Source: an uncultured Alphaproteobacteria bacterium
GTDB lineage: Bacteria; Pseudomonadota; Alphaproteobacteria; UBA7985; CAJQQZ01
Assembly: GCA_905480575.1 (NCBI GenBank)
Contig: CAJQQZ010000186.1
Location: 1-10,185, forward strand
Reading direction: 5' to 3'
Length of the DNA: 10,185 bases
Numbering within the stretch: the first letter of the stretch is position 1; every line of letters starts with the position of its first letter. The translations under genes and the position numbers were made by a program. A model generated the notes under the pieces. The model made no database searches and was not told where the DNA came from. It saw nothing but the letters and a program-made list of their open reading frames with translations. This document shows, piece after piece, positions 7,588 to 10,185 of the stretch.

Positions 7588-8523
7588 ATGGAGGAACTCT
7601 TGCGCCTTAGCTTAAAAGCTCTGAACTATTTTTTGAAAGCTGTTGAGCACGGTAGCCTCGCTAGCGCAGCAAAGGAGCTAAATGTCGTTCCGTCTGCGGT
7701 GTCAGCAGCGATTGACCAAGTGGAAGAGGAATTCGATCTCAAACTTTTGATTCGCTATCCCTCGCGCGGCATTCAACCGACGGCAACCGGGCAAAGGTTA
7801 CTAGGCAAAATCAAGCGTTTGATCGAGGAATATGAAAGTCTGCTCATCGAGGGTGGTGATTTGAAATCAGCTCTGACCGGGACACTAAGAGTTGGCTATT
7901 ACGCGCCGGTGGCACCTGCTTTTATGCCAACTATTGTGGCGCCTTTGCTTAAGGAGAACAAAGGCGTGTCTTTCAAGTTTGTTGAATGTAACAATGAGAC
8001 TGCACAGCTGGGGCTTTTATCAGGTGAATTTGACGTCATTCTATTTGTGGCCGAGAATGTAAAACCTGGCATCAGTTATGAGACTTTGCTCCAACCCAAA
8101 GCATATGTTTTGACATCTGCCACTAGCGACTTGGCATCGCAAGCAGTTGTGTCCATGCAAAATCTCAAGAATGAACCCCTCGTCTTGCTCGATCTTCCGG
8201 TGATTGGAGAATACTACAACAGCCTTTTTGAAGCAGCAGGGATTGAGCCGAATATTGTGGCGACAGCGTCAACGACAGAAATGGTTCGCTCATTGGTTGG
8301 AGCTGGGATTGGAAGCTCGATCCTTAATATGAAACCGTTGAATGAAGTTTCCTATGCGGGAAGCAGCTTAATTGCTGTGCCGATTGAGCCCGAAGTGAAG
8401 TCACTGAAACTGGTCTTGGGTTATGTCGATGAGAAACTAAGACGCTTGGTCCAAGCTTTTGTCGACGAGTGTCGGCAATATTTCGGTTCTTCTAAGGCTC
8501 GTGAGATTGTTGTTGAAGCCTAA
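7588..8523 (+). CDS. LysR-type transcriptional regulator (LTTR)
   Basis: The N-terminal HTH (LKALNYFLKAVEHGSLASAAKELNVVPSAVSAAIDQVEEEFDLKLLIR) matches the LTTR signature, followed by a periplasmic-binding-protein-like co-inducer domain. It is divergent from the operon. The real start may be the in-frame TTG at 7600, preceded by GGAGG 7591-7595, rather than ATG 7588. Confidence 0.85.
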   Translation: MEELLRLSLKALNYFLKAVEHGSLASAAKELNVVPSAVSAAIDQVEEEFDLKLLIRYPSRGIQPTATGQRLLGKIKRLIEEYESLLIEGGDLKSALTGTLRVGYYAPVAPAFMPTIVAPLLKENKGVSFKFVECNNETAQLGLLSGEFDVILFVAENVKPGISYETLLQPKAYVLTSATSDLASQAVVSMQNLKNEPLVLLDLPVIGEYYNSLFEAAGIEPNIVATASTTEMVRSLVGAGIGSSILNMKPLNEVSYAGSSLIAVPIEPEVKSLKLVLGYVDEKLRRLVQAFVDECRQYFGSSKAREIVVEA

Positions 8524-8625
8524 TTCTTTCCCTTACAGGCCTGAATTCCATACACCAATGTTGCCGTGATCCAGCCTTAAGGTCGCCACAATCACCAATG
8601 GAACGAGCCTTTTGTTGCTCTCGAG

Positions 8626-8749
8626 CAACGGTTCGAGTCTTGTGGGGCTAGAAAATTCGTTTTTCCTTTGCGGCTGTAGGCTTGTTCGATTAGGGAGCGC
8701 CTCCCCGACGCAGGCTTGTTACACGTCAACGGTTCCAGGAGGTCTTTGT
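8626..8749 (+). repeat. Two copies of a ~20-nt motif CAACGGTTC(C)AG..TCTT(T)GT (8626-8643 and 8727-8749) with T-loop-like GGTTCGAG / GGTTCCAG cores; also direct repeats AGGCTTGTT (8678-8686, 8712-8720) flanking a GC hairpin GGGAG-CGC-CTCCC (8693-8705)
   Basis: Seen by direct comparison within the LysR-to-tRNA intergenic region. The function is unknown. Confidence 0.3.
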
Positions 8750-8814
8750 TTCTCCACCCGCATGAACGACTTTGTCGCTTTATGTACGGACGGCAGGGAG
8801 TAGTCGGCGGAAAG

Positions 8815-8900
8815 CTAAATGTTCTCGAATGGTTAAAGAGGATCGATTTGATATCGATTGGCAAACGCCTTTGTGGGTTCGAATCCCATCATTTAGACCA
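8815..8900 (+). tRNA. Class II tRNA-like gene, Ser(TGA)-like, atypical
   Basis: Manual cloverleaf: acceptor CTAAATG/CATTTAG (7 Watson-Crick pairs, AT-rich, C1-G72), U8, a 3-bp D stem CTC/GAG with D-loop GAATGGTTAAA (the GG is present). The anticodon stem ATCGA/TCGAT carries loop TTTGATA, giving anticodon TGA with U33 but a pyrimidine at position 37. A long variable arm holds a GGC-AAAC-GCC hairpin. The T arm is GTGGG-TTCGAAT-CCCAT, the discriminator is A and CCA is encoded. Not run through tRNAscan. Confidence 0.5.
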
Positions 8901-8969
8901 TAGGTAGCTCAACGGTAGAGCATCAGATCGTTAATCTGAGGGTTGAAGGTTCGATTCCTTCTCTAAGCA
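8898..8969 (+). tRNA. tRNA-Asn(GTT)-like element, probably degenerate (pseudo-tRNA); its 5' end overlaps the CCA of the preceding tRNA-like gene
   Basis: The D arm GCTC-AACGGTA-GAGC is canonical. The anticodon stem TCAGA/TCTGA carries loop TCGTTAA, giving anticodon GTT but C at position 33. The variable loop is 5 nt. The T arm GAAGG-TTCGATT-CCTTC is canonical. The acceptor CCATAGG/TCTAAGC pairs at only 5 of 7 positions, with C1-C72 and A3-A70 mismatches, and no encoded CCA follows. Confidence 0.35.
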
Positions 8970-9280
8970 TCCAGCTGTTAATTCAGTCCGGAGGCAAATT
9001 TGTGGATGGACCGGAGCCGCCAGTCGTTTCGACGTCTGGCGGAAACTGTTCTGAAGCCGTTGTAAAGTGGCAGATTTGTTGTGATGAGCACGATAACTGG
9101 TTGTCGACTGATAGACTTTTCGAAGGCTTGAAGTTCACCTCCCGCTCTCAAGCTCCGCTCCAAGGAATCCCCGTTTTACAATCGCCATTTGCCTTCGGAC
9201 GTTGGCTGCTGTCTCGATGTTGAGTGCGTAAAAAACGAAAGGAAATTCTAAATGCGGTAGCTATCGCAAGGAGTAAGGAC

Positions 9281-10051
9281 ATGATGAAAGTAATTGAAAA
9301 ACTGCGCGGCTTTGACAGGGTCACCGTCGGCGAAAATGAAAGAGTACTGGTCTTTGAAAAAGGCCTGATCAGCAACGTGTTGAGCGCCGGGGAACATTTG
9401 TTGAAAACCCGAGGTCAAAAGTCAGACTTCGAGTGGTTCGATATCACAAATCCCGTGTTTGTCTCTCATGTTGATCGCATCATGTTTGAAAAGCTGCCTG
9501 TGATTGCGGACCAGCATTTTGTTGAGTTCAGAACGTCAAACGAGCAAGTCGCCGTTATCGAACGCGATGGTGTTATCTTTGCCGTCATGAAACCCGATGA
9601 ACGTTTGATTGTTTGGAAAGATGCGGGACCTTGGAACGCCCAGACCTTTAATCTCGAAGAGAGTCTAAAGGTCAATTCTGCGATGGTTCGCAGGTTGGGG
9701 CAGGCCGGAAAAGCAGGCTTTATGACGTTGCAACCCATCGTCGAAGGCCAGGCCGGTTTGCTTTACGTCGATGGTCAATTGATAGAAACGATTGGCCCTG
9801 GTGTTCATGCCTTTTGGTCCGTTGGCAAAATGGTCCAAGTCAAGGTCATTGATCTGCGTTGGCAGTCCCTGGACGTAACGGGCCAAGAGGTTTTGACAAG
9901 AGATCGCGTAACGATTCGCGTCAACCTTGCGGCGGAATACCGTGTTGCAGATGCGATTGCAGCCGTGACGGAGACCAAAGACTTTGCCGATGCTTTTTAC
10001 AGGGCGCTGCAATACGCTTTTAGGCGAACTCTAGGGGCGAGAACCCTGTAA
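9281..10051 (+). CDS. SPFH/band-7 (stomatin/prohibitin/HflK-C-like) domain protein with ~150-aa N-terminal extension; ends prematurely inside the SPFH domain
   Basis: AAGGAG lies 7 nt before ATG 9281 (MMKVIEKLRGF...). The C-terminal ~100 aa (IVEGQAGLLYVDGQ...QSLDVTGQEVLTRDRVTIRVNLAAEYRVADAIAAV...AFRRTLGARTL) align with the first half of the SPFH fold of QmcA/HflK as recalled from memory. The expected second half, with the WGI..V region, is absent in all frames of the remaining 134 bp. The tracked GTG start at 9224 is probably an over-extension. Confidence 0.65.
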   Translation: MMKVIEKLRGFDRVTVGENERVLVFEKGLISNVLSAGEHLLKTRGQKSDFEWFDITNPVFVSHVDRIMFEKLPVIADQHFVEFRTSNEQVAVIERDGVIFAVMKPDERLIVWKDAGPWNAQTFNLEESLKVNSAMVRRLGQAGKAGFMTLQPIVEGQAGLLYVDGQLIETIGPGVHAFWSVGKMVQVKVIDLRWQSLDVTGQEVLTRDRVTIRVNLAAEYRVADAIAAVTETKDFADAFYRALQYAFRRTLGARTL

Positions 10052-10185
10052 CATCGGCAAAAGTCCGGGGTATCAAGCAGTTTCTTTTTGTCGGATGAGG
10101 TTTGGTAAGTGTGGGATATTGGGTGCGCCGGGATGTGATAGTCGGTCTCCAAGATAGTCCCAGAAATTAATTCCCAGCTTGGCGC

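Noticed and set aside
5831-7615. Small plus-strand ORFs (75-135 aa) opposite the hydrolase and oxygenase genes, plus the N-terminal extensions of the tracked ORFs at 6599 and 7537
   Set aside because: These are antisense shadows. The extensions start at TTG inside the upstream gene or lack an RBS, whereas ATG 6506 (ATGA overlap) and ATG 7501 (AAGGAG) are well supported.
8641-8665. GGGGCTAGAAAATTCG resembling the 5' end of tmRNA (GGGGCUGAUUCUGGAUUCGAC)
   Set aside because: The similarity is limited to the first 6-7 nt. There is no tag reading frame ending in ALAA, and no matching 3' tRNA-like end pairing with it.
8524-9223. SRP RNA, RNase P RNA or CRISPR array in the large non-coding region
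   Set aside because: The conserved GGAAGCAGC/GUCCGGAAGG (SRP) and GGAAAGUCCGGGCUCC (RNase P) cores are absent. No regularly spaced identical repeats are present.
8612-9223. ORFs of 61-90 aa in the non-coding region (8592-8864 minus; 8612-8803 and 8716-8907 plus; 8978-9163 minus; 9002-9223 plus)
   Set aside because: They overlap the tRNA-like genes and hairpins, have no RBS and low-complexity compositions.
9466-10012. Minus-strand ORFs of 90 and 115 aa inside the SPFH gene
   Set aside because: They are antisense to a CDS with clear SPFH-domain similarity and have no RBS.
10052-10185. Open minus-strand frame entering from the right edge (...GINFWDYLGDRLSHPGAPNIPHLPNLIRQKETA)
   Set aside because: It is only ~36 codons before the window edge, with no recognisable motif, so it cannot be supported from this window alone.

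Overview
Bacterial (probably proteobacterial) window of about 50% GC with compact coding, organised around a divergent LysR-regulated three-gene operon on the minus strand. From left to right: (i) a kdgK-like PfkB sugar kinase on the minus strand whose C-terminal ~70 aa, including the catalytic DTxGAGD region, are missing, followed by a perfect 30-bp palindrome. (ii) A divergent Zn-dependent MDR alcohol/polyol dehydrogenase. (iii) A secreted protein with a LysM-like domain and a Cys-rich C-terminus. (iv) A tightly coupled minus-strand operon: fatty-acid-hydroxylase/sterol-desaturase-family membrane di-iron oxygenase, then an alpha/beta serine hydrolase (ATGA start/stop overlap), then a 797-aa dimethylglycine/sarcosine-dehydrogenase-family FAD oxidoreductase fused to a GcvT domain (4-bp gap). 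(v) A divergent LysR-type regulator with an ATC-N9-GAT box in the shared intergenic region. (vi) A ~700-bp non-coding stretch holding two adjacent atypical tRNA-like genes (Ser-TGA-like and Asn-GTT-like, overlapping at the CCA), short repeated motifs and GC hairpins. (vii) An SPFH/band-7 protein with a long N-terminal extension that stops in the middle of the SPFH domain. The strongest candidate for an undescribed system is the oxygenase-hydrolase-demethylase operon with its LysR regulator; I know of no characterised pathway combining these three enzyme classes. Both edge genes are truncated exactly 134 bp from the window ends, and the two 134-bp flanks share collinear similarity, which suggests recombination junctions or an island or att boundary. 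No CRISPR array, IS transposase or rRNA was seen.
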